Positions 15,167-27,290 of a stretch of 64,000 bases of DNA are shown here, one piece after another. Origin of the DNA: the human T2T-CHM13v2.0 reference genome, Homo sapiens; the NCBI RefSeq assembly GCF_009914755.1, contig NC_060930.1; one strand, written 5' to 3'. The position numbers and the translations under genes are program-made. Numbering within the stretch: the stretch's first letter is position 1; each line of letters begins with the position of its first letter. The notes beneath the pieces are model-generated. The model was not told the DNA's origin, made no database searches, and was given only the letters and a program-made list of their open reading frames with translations.

Positions 15167-15615
15167 GTATGGGTAGGTTTTAGTCAGGAAACCAGAAGCC
15201 ACTCTGGATATTCAGATAGGAAGGGTTTCGATACAGTAATTGTAGGTATAATCATTGTTAGGGCTGCAGAGTGAAGATCAGGAAAGTCTCCCTGTTGAGT
15301 AGACCTACAGAGCATTCTCAAAAGTTCATCTGGAAGCTGCTGTGAATCTTAAGAATCAACATTCCTGCTGCCTGAGATACTCAAAGTGGCTGATTTGAAA
15401 GCTGTCATGCACAGAAGCTCATGCCTGCATGTGCATATTTCCTTAATTGTTGATAGAAAAGAATGCTTTTTTCTGCTTTGATACCCTTACTACAAGCTTG
15501 CTTGTCATTTGCAGAGTAATCTGTAGCCATCCAGTTAAATGGGTACTGGGAAGGGAGTTTTGGGTTTCTCTTTGTTGAAGTAGACAAAATGATAAAACAG
15601 GCACAGTAATGATGT
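15167..15615 (-). mobile_element. ERVL-class LTR (probable 3' LTR of the adjacent internal region; subfamily unassigned)
   Basis: tgtatgggtaggttttagtcaggaaaccagaagccactctgg resembles the reverse complement of ERVL-type LTR 3' ends, and it abuts ERV-L internal sequence. Confidence 0.5.
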
Positions 15616-15619
15616 CAAG

Positions 15620-18290
15620 TTGAAGACAAATCTGGCATAGCCATGTTTTGTCAACCTAGCATTCGTATATACTCTTCTACCCACATTCTAACTTCAAAAA
15701 CAACCATCCAACTTCATGCTTCCACATGATATGATCTAACTATGTCTTATCCAGCCATATATACATATACATATATGTATACACTCTCTCCCTACAGGGG
15801 TAGACACAAAGTTCTATAAATCACTGTATGCTATTTTGGGGTGATGTTCATTCTTTTTCTAACTCAGTTCCAATTCTCCTTTGGTATCTTTTAACTTATA
15901 GACTAAATTATAAGGTAAATCTCTATTAATACACTTCGCATTAGATAAAAGATGAGGATGGTGGCAAAAAACTGGTTAATATATGCAACTATGTACATCA
16001 TAAATCAGAAAAGGAAATAGGCTTAGCTTTCACATGCTTCGTTTCTACAAGTGAATAAGAGGCCATAATTGGTCTTTACGATTTTGCTTTCTCCCTATCC
16101 ATTTGATTTGTTCTCAGTGGGCGCGTTATCTGGTCATGGTTCTTCACTTGATGGGATGATGCAAAACCTCATTTTTGAAGGGCTAGAGCCACTAGTAGCC
16201 TTGCTTTTTTGGGTTGCTCTACTCCTTTGCTAACCTTTTACACTAGATATACAAGTACTGAGGGGCAATCCAGAGAATCCTTTGAATCCTCTTTGCCTTT
16301 ATTATGCAGCAGCAACTCTATTTCTCCTTGACAATCAATATTATTCACTCCGGTTAGTACAGCAAGCCCTTCTTTGACTGTTGCCTTAGTGGCATGAAGA
16401 ATTCAAAGTGATAGTTTAAATTTCACATTCAGTAGAATCATTGTTAGGTCCACTAGTGTAAGCATTCATTTTTTAGAAATTAAGTCCTCTAAACCTGCAG
16501 AGCCAAAAGTGGTTAAGAGAAGTGATATGGTTTGGATCTTTATACCCACCCAAATCTCATCTGGAATTGTAATCCCCAGGTGTTGAGGGAGGGACCTGGT
16601 GGGAGGTGATTGGATCATGGGGATGGTTCCCCCATGCTGTTCTTATGAAAGTGAATGAGTTCCCGCAACAGCTGATGGTTATAAAAGTGTTTGGCAGTTC
16701 CCCCCACTTTCTCTGTCTCCTGTCGCCATGTAAGAGGTGCCTTACTTCCCCTTTGCCTTCTGCCATAATTGTAAGTTTCCTGAGGCCTCCCCAACCATGC
16801 AGAACTATAAGTCAATTAAACCTCTCTCCTTTGTAAATTACATTGTCTCAAGTTGTATCTTTAGAGCAGTGTGAAAATGGACTAATACAAAAAGCAAATC
16901 TTTTGTGATTGGGTCTTTAAGAATAACAGAGAGAGGAACCACTCCCATTCCCACTTCTTGGCTCCTTTATCCATGTCTTCTGGCCATGGGAAAAGATAGT
17001 GTCATGTTGTCATATTGTTTGCTAGTTCAGAACATATATGAAATCTTTCAGGACAGCACATAGCCAAACAAGGTATTATTACTTAGCCAGCACCCAAAAT
17101 GAGTTTTTAATAGGGCATTCCACTGTTATGTCAGGCAGGCCAACTTGAGGTGATGTGGTACACTGTAAGACCAATAAATTCTACAGATGTGAACATTTCC
17201 CTCATTCTTTGCTGGTCAATGTGTTCTTTGGCCAGGAGCAAAGTTATATGGGCATCATTAAAGAGAATCAGGCTTTCCATTAGCCTGTGGATACTGGTAC
17301 TTTACAAAGGCAGAGCAGACAGGGATGGCACATTCATATCTACTGTGTTTATTCTGGTAAAACATGCTGTTCTTTCTTCCATGATGGAGGTAGTCAACAT
17401 GGCTAGCAGATCCCCTCAAGAATAGTGCCACAGAAGGAAATCAGCATCAAACTCAGCTGACAACATACTATGTTTTTAGCAACTGTGATAGCTAGAATAG
17501 TCTTATTGAAGAGAAGACCCTGCTTTTGAGCCCATGCATAGTCTCTATCACTGACACTTTGACCATTTTATTTATGAGCCCATTGGTCAAGCTCAAATGG
17601 CTGGGAAGAGGGTGGCTAATATTCACAGAAAGCGTTATCTCGACTTTATTATTCGAAAAATGCCTTGCAGTTGAAGCCTGTTTGTGAGCAATTACTTGGG
17701 GCACAAAAAATTTCAAACTCTTACCATTCCCAGAGGTTTACCATTTCTTACTCAGACCTTTGTGTTATCAATCCCTTATTTTATTTTCTTCAAAATCCGG
17801 AGAAATGAGAAAACCACTTTCCATTGTCCAGTGTAGATATGGCATCTCTTTCCAAAAAAGAAAAAAAAAATTGAATGCAGTTCTGCCCACTAGAAAGATT
17901 TCCTTTTTCCCCAATCCTTAACGGCCATTACATAGTGGGACTGAAATGCTACATGGTACAAGACTATTGTGTGGACATATCTACAAACCAGGACTGATTT
18001 GTTTTACCTCAGTCACTTGATGATGAACTCCCCCTGAGGTCCCAAATGTGGTGTGTGGTATAGTTGTCAATGCAAGCTTTTGATGCCAAAAGTTCAAATT
18101 TTGCCATCAGTTCAAATTCTACCCCATATCTCATGTTTCTACTCTGGCTGGTGTGAAGGGCAACTTATGCCAAACTTATGTGAGCTTGCTGAATTTTTCT
18201 CTATAGCACAACACACCTGTGCTTTCAGGACTAATTGAGCTCAGTTGCACATACGCCACTTCAGTTTGATAATGGAATGCTGCTATACAC
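15620..18290 (-). mobile_element. Class III (ERV-L-like) internal remnant: RNase H - integrase - dUTPase, heavily decayed
   Basis: Minus-strand translations KFFVPQVIAHKQ (cf. HERV-L KIFVSHVSAHQR), DQWAHK..DYAWAQKQGL (integrase N-terminus AQWAHEQ..GYAWAQQHGL) and GLAVLTGVNNIDCQGEIELLLHNKGKE at ~16290-16370 (dUTPase GVTVLAGVIDPDYQDEISLLLHNGGKE). Many stops and frameshifts. Confidence 0.85.
16523..16889 (+). mobile_element. THE1 (THE1C/D-like) solo LTR nested in the ERV-L remnant
   Basis: TGATATGGTTTGG ... cccacccaaatctcatc ... gtaagtttcctgaggcctcccc ... GGACTAATACA; TSD agaag/aaaag. Confidence 0.93.
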
Positions 18291-18294
18291 TCTT

Positions 18295-20260
18295 TAAAAA
18301 ATTAAATCAATGTTATTGAGATTTAATTTACATACCAAAATGCATTCATTTTAAGTGCAGAATTTGATGAGCTTTGGCAAATGTTCTCCCTGTATGACCT
18401 TCACGAAACCGAATATATAGAATATTTCCTTCATTCAAAAATTACCCAGTGCCTTTTTGCAGTCAGTACCTGCACTTATTCCTGCCCCAAACAAACACTG
18501 ATCTGATTTTTATCACTATAGATTGGTTTTGCCTATTCTGGATTTTTACATAAGTGGAATCATACAGTGTATAGTCTTTTATGCCTGGTTTTATTTCACT
18601 ATATAAAGATTCTGAGATTCATCCATGCTGTTGCGTATATCAGTAGTTGGTTCTGTTTCACTGCTGAGTAGTATCCCATTGTTTGAATATATCACAATTT
18701 GTTTACCCATCACTGTGTTGGATATACTTGTACAAGTTCTTTTTTTTTAAATCTTTTTTTTTATTATTTATACTTTAAGTTTTAGGGTACATGTGCACAA
18801 TGTGCAGGTTAGTTACATATGTATACATGTGCCATGCTGGTGCGCTACACCGACTAACTCGTCATCTAGCATTTGGTATATCTCCCAACGCTATCCCTCC
18901 CCTCCCCCAACCCCACAACAGTCCCCAGAGTGTGATGTTCCCCTTCCTGTGTCCATGTGTTCTCATTGTTCAATTCCCACCTGTGAGTGAGAATATGTGG
19001 TGTTTGGTTTTTTGTTCTTGCGATAGTTTACTGAGAATGATGATTTCCAATTTCATCCATGTCCCTACAAAGGACATGAACTCATCATTTTTTATGGCTG
19101 CATAGTATTCCATGGTGTATATGTGCCACATTTTCTTAATCCGGTCTATCATTGTTGGACATTTGGGTTGGTTCCAAGTCTTTGCTATTGTGAATAGTAC
19201 CGCAATAAACATATGTGTGCATGTGTCTTTATAGCAGCATGATTTATAGTCCTTTGGGTATATACCCAGTAATGGGATGGGTGGGTCAAATGGTATTTCT
19301 AGTTCTAGATCCCTCAGGAATCGCCACACTGACTTCCACAATAGTTGAACTAGTTTACAGTCCCACCAACAGTGTAAAAGTGTTCCTATTTCTCCACATC
19401 CTCTCCAGCACCTGTTGTTTCCTGACTTTTTAATGATTGCCATTCTAACTGGTGTGAGATGATATCTCATTGTGGTTTTGATTTGCATTTCTCTGATGGC
19501 CAGTGATGGTGAGCATTTTTTTCATGTGTTTTTGGCTGCATAAATGTCTTCTTCTTTCTGTAAACAAGTATTACTAATTTTCTTGGGTAAATAAGAATTA
19601 AATGACTGGTTTGAATGTTCTGTTCATGTTTCGCTTTACAAGGGACTCACAAAATGTTTTCCAAATGATGGTTGATTATTCCCACCAACATTATAGTAGA
19701 GTTCTAATTGCTCCACATTTTTGCCAGTATTTTGTATTGTCAGACTTTTAACTTTAGCAATTTCTAACGGGCATTTGGTGGACTTAATTTTGATTTTTCT
19801 GTTGATTAATGATGTTTCATATGCCCATTAGCAATTTATATATCTTTCTATGTGATGCATCAGTTCAACTCTCTGTCCATTTAAAATTTGATTGTTTTTC
19901 TTATTATTTAGTTGTAAGAGGTCTTTATATATTCTGGAAACTAATCCTTTGTCAGAAATTTGTACTGTAAATGTTTACTCCCAGACTTTATCTTGCCTTT
20001 TTATTTTTGTCAAAGTGTCTTTCAAAGGGCAGTCATTTTTAATCTTGATGGAGTACAAGCATCAGTTTTTCTTTTACGTTCATGCTTTCTACATAGTATG
20101 TAAAAATAACACAAAAAACAATATAAACAGTATAGCAAGGTCACAAATATTTTCTACTATATTTTATTCTAGAAGTTTTACAGTTTTAACTTTCACACTT
20201 AGGGCTATGATTTAAGTTAATTTTTATGTATGATTTGAATTAAGCATTAAAGCTTATTTT
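18295..20260 (-). mobile_element. L1MB/MC-class 3' portion, split by a younger L1PA
   Basis: L1M 3' UTR motifs (gtggaatcatacagtgtatagtc, tgagattcatccatgctgttgc) at 18295-18740; ORF2 3' sequence resumes at 19555-20260. Confidence 0.8.
18754..19553 (-). mobile_element. 5'-truncated L1PA2/L1PA3
   Basis: ORF 18970-19488 is the ORF2 C-terminus with the [18 protein letters not shown] zinc knuckle; the 3' UTR has GATGACGAGTTAGT (GAG, not the L1HS ACA/ACG) and a poly(A) tail. Confidence 0.95.
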
Positions 20261-20350
20261 TACTTTGCTATTTTTATCTCTGGTTTGAGTTAGGTCTTCT
20301 TCATATCATCCATGTTTCTATTTAAAATGCTTAATATTTCCTCTATTAAG

Positions 20351-20402
20351 CTTAACTATCCTAACTTAACTTAACTATCCTAACTTAACTTAACTATCCT
20401 AA
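20351..20402. repeat. 19-bp-period tandem repeat (cttaactatcctaacttaa)x2.7
   Basis: Perfect copies starting at 20351, 20370 and 20389. Confidence 0.95.
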
Positions 20403-20560
20403 ATATTTAGGCAGCCAACATTGGGCCACATAAAACAAATTCTTAGAGACCTATAAAGAGACTTAGATAACCACACAATAATTGTGGGAGACTTAACACC
20501 TTACTGACAGTGTTAGACACATCATTAAGGCAGAAAACTAACATAGATATCTGGGACCTA
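20389..20560 (+). mobile_element. Isolated internal L1 ORF2 endonuclease-domain fragment (L1PA/PB-like), no poly(A)
   Basis: Encodes degenerate LTILNI..PN..IKQILRDL.RDLDNHTIIVGD..LTVLDTSLRQKTNIDIWDL, matching L1 EN LTILNIYAPN...IKQVLRDLQRDLDSHTIIVGDFN. Confidence 0.85.
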
Positions 20561-21870
20561 TTGGTTCTTGAACACCTGGATAGAGTTGTAATAACTGTTT
20601 TAATGTCTTTGTTTATATGTTCTATCATCTTCATAATTTCTGGGTCAGTTTTGATTTAATTTTTTCTCTTCGTTATGAGTCTTATTTTCCTGCTTTTTTA
20701 TGTTTGTATGGCAGACTTTGTGAAATTTACCTCATTGAGTGATGGATATTTTTGTATTACTATAAATGTTGTTGAGCTTTGTTCTGGGACATAGTTAAGT
20801 TACTCGGAAACAGATGGGTTCTTTCAGGTCTTGAATTTAATCTTTGTTAGGTGGGATTAGAGCAGCTAATTTTGTCACGCTACTGAAGAAAAGCCATTAT
20901 GCATATACTACTCAATGCCCCATTTTCCACTCTGACTAGTGGGTAGAGAAACTATTCTTGGCCCTGTGAAAACTCTGTAAATTTTCTCCTCTAATCCTTT
21001 TGGGTTGTTCTTTTTCCATCCTCAGAGAGTTTCCTCACAGAAATACCCTGATTAATACTCAGCCAAAGCCTTGAGGGAAGGGAGATCCTGTGAAGATTTC
21101 TGAATCTCTGTGTAACTTTCCCCTCTGGTACTCTGACCAGCAAAATGTAGCTTTCTCCAAAGAGACCTGAGCAGTTTGTCAGGGATTAGAGTATACTGGC
21201 TCCTGAGTGGTGTTAGCCAGGGAAATGAAATGTTTTGTGGTGATGTCAATCAATTTTAAGGCATCATTTCCTCATTGTCAGACATATCTCTCACATAGGC
21301 AAGGAAGCTCATGTCAGCTGACTAGACATCCTCTCTCCAGGACAATGGTGGAGATTCCCTGTGAATCTAGCCCTCTTGGTCTCCGTTTCCTTTTGTTGCA
21401 TGCCAACATACCCCTGCTTGATAAACCCTCTTTCTTTTGTGGTAAGTTTGTAGCTCTCTCAGTCCCAGTGACATTACAATCTTTGCTAATTAGTCATCTC
21501 ACTTGGGGTTTCCAAAACTCTTTATTCACAAATACTGATAGTCCTATGAGTCATTCTTATATATGAGTAATTCAGTAATTTTGTGTTGATTTTTACCAGT
21601 TTTATCTCAAAGATCAATTTCATTGTAAATGTTGTGACTATAATTACTGTGAATTAAGAATTTTTGAACATATTCCTATTTAAAAAAAAATCTTTGCTAG
21701 GACCATCTATCTTATTTGTATGAGCTCCTTTATAATCTAGATTTTTGGGTATTATTTATTTGTTAATATCTTCTAGTTTGACCTTGCCCTTATTTTGGTT
21801 CTATTTCATTGTCCATAGAATTAAAATAATTTTTTTTGTGGTGGATTGGTCGGTGAGGGGAGGCAGTGGC

Positions 21871-22025
21871 AGACAGGGTCTTGCTCTTTTGCCCAGGGTG
21901 GAGTGCAGTGGCTCAATCATAGCTTTGTAACATCAAACTCCTGGGACTCCATACATGCACTATGACTGGCTAATTAAAAAAATTATTTTGTAGCAGTGGA
22001 ATCTTGCTATGTTGCCCAGGCTGGA
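21871..22025 (-). mobile_element. Degenerate AluJ fragment with internal deletion
   Basis: agacagggtcttgctc...gagtgcagtggctcaatcatagct ... atcttgctatgttgcccaggctgg. Confidence 0.8.
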
Positions 22026-22194
22026 ACAGAATTAAAATTCTAATATAGTAAAAACTATAAAATCTTTACATTTATTGTTTCTTCTCTTTAATGTATACGA
22101 ATGAATTAATATTTAATCTAGAGACCTGAAAAGCATTAAATTCCATTTTCTGGTAGATTTTTGAATATATATTTTATTTTTGTAGACATATTAG

Positions 22195-22750
22195 AGTGTT
22201 GTTCCGTCTCTCATATTTTTCTCCTTCCTGACTACTCCTCTCATCACTTGGCTAATCCATAGCAGCATGGGGGTGGGTCCATAATAGCCCTGTTGGCACA
22301 ATCTGATTCTTCCTCTTTGATGATGGTTTATTTTAATCCAGTGACCATCTGAATCAAGATGGCCTAATTAGCATTATTTTCCTGGGACTTTAAATCTGGG
22401 CTGTAAAATTTAAATTGAAAACAAGGAGAGTCACTTGAATGAATAAGATGTAATCTTAGGACACTGTAGAAGAGATATCTTAGTTATGATATCACTGGGG
22501 TGTTCAGAGAAAGAGGTGAATAAATGAACTTAATGCTCAGTAAGAAGCAGAAGTGAGAGGAGGAAGGGAATTTCCTGGGATTTTTATGTCTTCTGCTTCC
22601 TAGTTCCAGTGTTTCTCTAAAACCAGCCTGCATTTCTGTTCTTGGTCATTAATAAAATGTACTTATATCTTTATAATAAATTCTCTCTTTCACTTACTTT
22701 AGCTAAATTTAGTTTATAGTACTTCTAATTCAGGAGTTTTAACTAATAAA
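22195..22750 (+). mobile_element. Old ERVL/MaLR-type LTR remnant
   Basis: 3' end aataaattctctctttcacttactttagct...acttctaattcaggagttttaactaata resembles LTR16/LTR33/MLT1 ends. Confidence 0.45.
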
Positions 22751-23149
22751 GAATTCAAGTTTTTTCCCTTTTTTGTAATAAGTTTGGTGTAAGCTGTCAG
22801 ATGGAGTATCCAACATTCACCCTAAGAGTAGGAACTAGATAAATTATATACCACCTTCTGGGCAGCATATGAAGGCAGTTCACAAAAGAAAGAGGCTGAG
22901 GTCAAGGCAGAAGCTAGTTTTGTATATTACTACCAGATCTTATAATTTCTAAGACAAAAGAAATTAAGCTTGAGCTAGGTTAGAAAACCGTGGGAGAGAC
23001 TGGTTAAGTATCAATACCTAGCCTGGAGAAGGGGCAGACACAAAATGGAAGAGTAATAAGAGAAGACTGGAAATAACACTTAGTTAAACTAGATAATCCA
23101 TACAGAATCAATCTAGAAAGAGTCTCATGATTAATAAGTTTAGTTAATC

Positions 23150-23410
23150 CTTTATTTTTTTCATTTAGAAGCTATATAGGCATAGGGTACTGGACAAAAC
23201 CGGCATATACAGCAGAAACCAAGGCAAACACAGCCCTTCCATTATGGAGCTCACATTCTTGTGGGATGGAGAAGGAAGGTATTAAATAATTAAGTATACA
23301 TTTATTCATTCATTATTACTGTAATGAGTACTGTTAAGGAGAACCATTAAAGTTTAAGCTGAAGGAACTTGACCAGGTCTGGGTGACAAGGAATGATTCT
23401 TTAAGAAAGT
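23150..23410 (-). mobile_element. L2 remnant
   Basis: cagcccttccattatggagctcacattcttgtggg matches the L2 terminal motif (ccctgccctcatggagcttaca). Confidence 0.65.
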
Positions 23411-24332
23411 GAAATAAAGTATCTTTGCATATATTTTCTAGGCCAGATGTTTAAAATAGTAGACTTGTTCCAGTGGGCATGTGGATTTTTTTTTAAAATC
23501 ACTTTATAATTACTTGTAACAAAAACTGGTAGAAATGCAAAAGTGTATGGATTTAAATTTCTGTGTTCTTTTTTTTATGCCTTTGACATTAATTTTCTTC
23601 TTGAAATAAGTGTTAGTCATGTGACTTAAAATGCAGAAAATGATACACATTGTCTAGCTTTGTCAGAGGGATGCAGTGAGTGCAAAGAATTATCTTGCCT
23701 AAGAAATCTAACATCCTAAATGGAAAGGCTTCAAATATCAAATAAACCCGATGCTACTTTATTTGATACCTCCTTACACCATTTCATTTAGGCTTTTCTT
23801 TTTTCTGCTTCCTAACTCACATGCTCAGACTTCTCGAAACCTTCAGGCACTGGGAAGGAAAAGAGAACAAGGAAACTAGAAGATTTTAAGCATGAGCTAT
23901 GCACCAGGTCCAATAGGAGGTGCTTGGCCATTTTGGGCTGCATCTTTAGCATTAGAAATCCATTCTTTTCCTCAATGATCTCTTTATGTAATTCTCCAAC
24001 AGAACAGAGCTTTCTCACCAAGGCCAGGGACGTTTGGAGTTATTGTGTGGATTTCAGGGGGTCAGTAAAAACTTGGAAAATATATATATTATATATTTCT
24101 ACATTTCTATAATTTACAATCATATTTAATTGTTCTTATAAACTTTTATTTGTAAAAAATATGTTTAGCTTAATGAACAAGACACATAGAGTTAGTTTAT
24201 TTTGTTATTACTTGCTATTACTGTACTATTTAGAAAAGGAGCTTGTAAATGTCAATTTCTTTTCCTATTATGCATAGTTTTAAAATGTTAAGGTTAGTAG
24301 AGTAAATAATATTGTTTAACTACTCAGTATGT

Positions 24333-24829
24333 TGTAGGCAGAATAATGGCTGACAAAGATATCTACCTCCTTATCTCTGAATCTGTGAAGATGTTGTCTT
24401 GGCATAACCTCATGGCAAGGGGGTGTGAGGTTGCAGGTGGAATTAAGGTTGCTGATCAATTGACCTCAGAATAAGAATATTTTCCTGTATTATTGAGATG
24501 GGTGTAATGTAAACACAAAGGCCCTTAAATATAGAAGAGGAAGGCAGAAGGACTGGAGTCAGAGTTATTCAATGTGAGAAAGACTTGCCAGTCTGTCGCT
24601 GGCTTTGAAGATGTTGATGTTAGGAGACCACAAACAGGTGTTCTCTAGCAGCAAACAAAGGCAAGAAAACATTCTCCCCTGAAGCTTTGAGGAAAGTATA
24701 CAGAAAACACCTTGATTTTAGTCTAGCAGGACCTATTTTGAACTTCTTATCTCTGGAATTATAAGGTAACAAATCTGTTTTGTTTTAAGCCACTGAATTT
24801 GAAGTGGCAACAAGAAACTTACTAATACT
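24333..24829 (+). mobile_element. MaLR solo LTR, MLT1D-like
   Basis: tgtaggcagaataatggc ... ttgcaggtggaattaaggttgct ... gctggctttgaagatg ... tgttttaagccact ... actaatac. Confidence 0.87.
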
Positions 24830-26073
24830 ATCAGGTAGGAACATTAGATTACTTTTATTGTCCACACATTGTGGGCCAAGTAAATAATTAAGTACTTTAC
24901 ACACATGTATTTTTAGTTCTATCTGACTGCAGAATATACAGTCTTAACCATTGTGCTATACAACCTCTTTTTTAAATTAATAATTCAATGAATGATTGAA
25001 ATACGGAACATCAAGTCTGTGCTCATTTGGAGCACATACGAAGTACTCAGCAAATGCTTATAAATGCTTATCTGAAGAGTGGCTTTTTGGCCCATAGGAA
25101 TATTCAGCAAGCCAGAGTTATTCTACCTCCCTGGATAGAGGCGTCATGGCTGGAGCAACTTTGAGCTTAGCACATTCTATCTGAGCTGTTCATTACATTC
25201 ATCATTTAAGATATACTCAAGCCTTTGAGAGTTTGTTTCTTACAATTCTGAAAATATGAAGATATATGAACCTCCTAGTACACCCTGGTGAATCATCTTA
25301 ATCAGGGTGTTTCCCTCAAGGTATTCCAAACAGACATTTTTTATAATATGAGAAAGTGAAAGCATATTGAACCTAAGGCCAAGTTATAGATTCCCTAAAA
25401 GTAAGCATCATATAAAACAACCGATCCATTTTTTCTTCAACTTTCCAAACTTGTTTTTATCCATTTGCTTGAAATGTTTTCTCTCTTGCTCTATAAGTAT
25501 GTTTTGTGTAGTGCCTGATTCTCCCTATGGTATTTGCTTTCCATTAACTTCCTATTGATTTTCAGTTGTGTGTACACAGTACTGCAGGAACATAAACTGC
25601 AAACACCAGACTTAAAGAAGTCCGAACTCTAACTGTTTTATCTTGGTGACACAGTACTACAACGTGAATATTACCTGTGGCCTCTTTTAAAAAATGTATT
25701 TAAAGGCAGTTGTGACAAGTAGGGTCAAGTCTGAATAATGATGTATATAAATTACAGTGGAAAAATATTTGGCGTCTCAGGATGAAGGATGTTCAAGTTG
25801 AAAGGGCAGGTTGGAACAGATAAAGAGCAGTTTTTGAAAATATGGCATTACAGAAGGTGAAGCAAAGTATAAGTCACTGTAAAAAGAAAGGTACCAAAAG
25901 ATGACAAAAGTGAGGAGGAGTGGGAAGGAAGTAACACACAGCAAGTTGATATGACACTCAAAAAGGAATACCGTTTTTGAAACAAGTGAAATTTAAAGTT
26001 ATCTTAACTTAATCTGATGAATAATTTCTCTAACATTTAAGAGCATTCACGTTTTTATTGTTTTGCTTTATAG

Positions 26074-27125
26074 TAAGCTCGTCCAACTGGCAGCACACAA
26101 ACCGCATGCAGCCCAGGACAGCTTTGAATGCGGCCCAACACAAATTTTTAAACTTTCTTAAAACATTATGAGTTTTGCCAAAAGCAATTGCAACAAAACA
26201 CAGAACTGACAAATGGGATCTAATTAAACTAAACAGATACAGCACAGCAAAGAAACTATCATCAGAGTGTACAGGCAACCTACAGAATGGGAGAAAATTT
26301 TTGCAATCTACCATCTGACAAAGGTCTAATACCCAGAATTTACAAGTCAGGAAACAATAGATGCTAGCGAGGCTGTGGAGAAATAGGAATGCTTTTACAC
26401 TGTTGGTGGGAATGTAAATTAGTTCAACCATTGTGGAAGACAGAATGGCGATTCCTCAAGGATCTAGAACCAGAAATACCATTTGACTCAGCAATCCCAT
26501 TACTGGGTATATACCCAAAATACCAAAATAGTATTCTACTATAAGGACACATGCATACGTATGTTTATTGCAGCACTATTCACAATAGCAAAGACATGGA
26601 ACCAACCCAAATGCCCATCAATGATAGACTGGATAAAGAAAATGTGGTACATATGCACCATGGAATACTATGCAGCCATAAAAAGAAATGAGATCATGTC
26701 CTTTGCAGGGACATAGATGAAGCTGGAAGCCATCATTTTCAGCAAACTAACACAAGAATGGAAAACCAAACATTGTGTGTTCTCACTTGTAAGTGGGAGT
26801 TCAACATTGAGAACATAGGGACACAGAGAGGGAACAACACACACCAGGGCCTGTTGGGGGGTGGGGAGGTGAGGGGAGAGAACTTAGAGGATGGGTTAGT
26901 AGGTGCAGCCAATCACCAAGGCACATGTATACCTATGTAACAAACCTACATGTTCTGCACATGTACCCCATTTTTTTTTGGAAGAAATAAAAAATTGTGA
27001 TTTTTTTTTTTTTTTTTTTTTTTTTTAGCTCATCAGCTATCATTAGTGTTTGTGTATTTTATGTGTGGCACAAGACAGTTCTCCTTCCAATGTGGCCCAG
27101 GGAAGGCAAAAGATTGACACACCTG
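26074..27125 (-). mobile_element. MER30 (hAT-Charlie MITE), split by an L1PA insertion
   Basis: Left half gcccaggacagctttgaatgcggcccaacacaaatt...aaaacattatgag and right half ttagctcatcagctatcattagtgtt...ccaatgtggcccagggaag...cctg; 8-bp TSD ctttatag/ctttataa. Confidence 0.92.
26176..26995 (+). mobile_element. 5'-truncated L1PA (PA8-PA12 class) with an internal deletion
   Basis: ORF2 C-terminal peptides ([29 protein letters not shown]) and 3' UTR gaacttagaggatggg...; about 200 bp missing at 26346/26347. Confidence 0.9.
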
Positions 27126-27169
27126 CTTTATAATCTCAAACACAGTAGCACACTTTGAAGATCAGAGAG

Positions 27170-27290
27170 AAAACACCTAACTTCATCAGTCTTGGTTGTG
27201 TCACCTGTAAGACAGAGATAATACATATTAACTCAGAGAGTTACTGAATGGCTTATGTGTATGTAGAGAAACTAGTAAAGGGCCTGTGTA
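27170..27290 (+). mobile_element. MIR remnant
   Basis: cacctaacttcatcagtcttggttgtgtcacctgtaagacagagataata resembles the MIR core. Confidence 0.5.

Larger units (their letters stand above)
20270..21150 (-). mobile_element. Old L1M 5' region (5' UTR/ORF1 start), interrupted at 20346-20560
   Basis: ttcttgaacacctggatagagttgtaataactgttttaatgtc ... ttgagctttgttctgggacatagttaagttactcggaaacag resemble L1MD/ME 5' consensus. Confidence 0.65.

Noticed and set aside
20351-20402. Short periodic repeat as a CRISPR-like or telomere-like array
   Set aside because: No unique spacers, eukaryotic context, and the unit equals the start of the adjacent L1 fragment.
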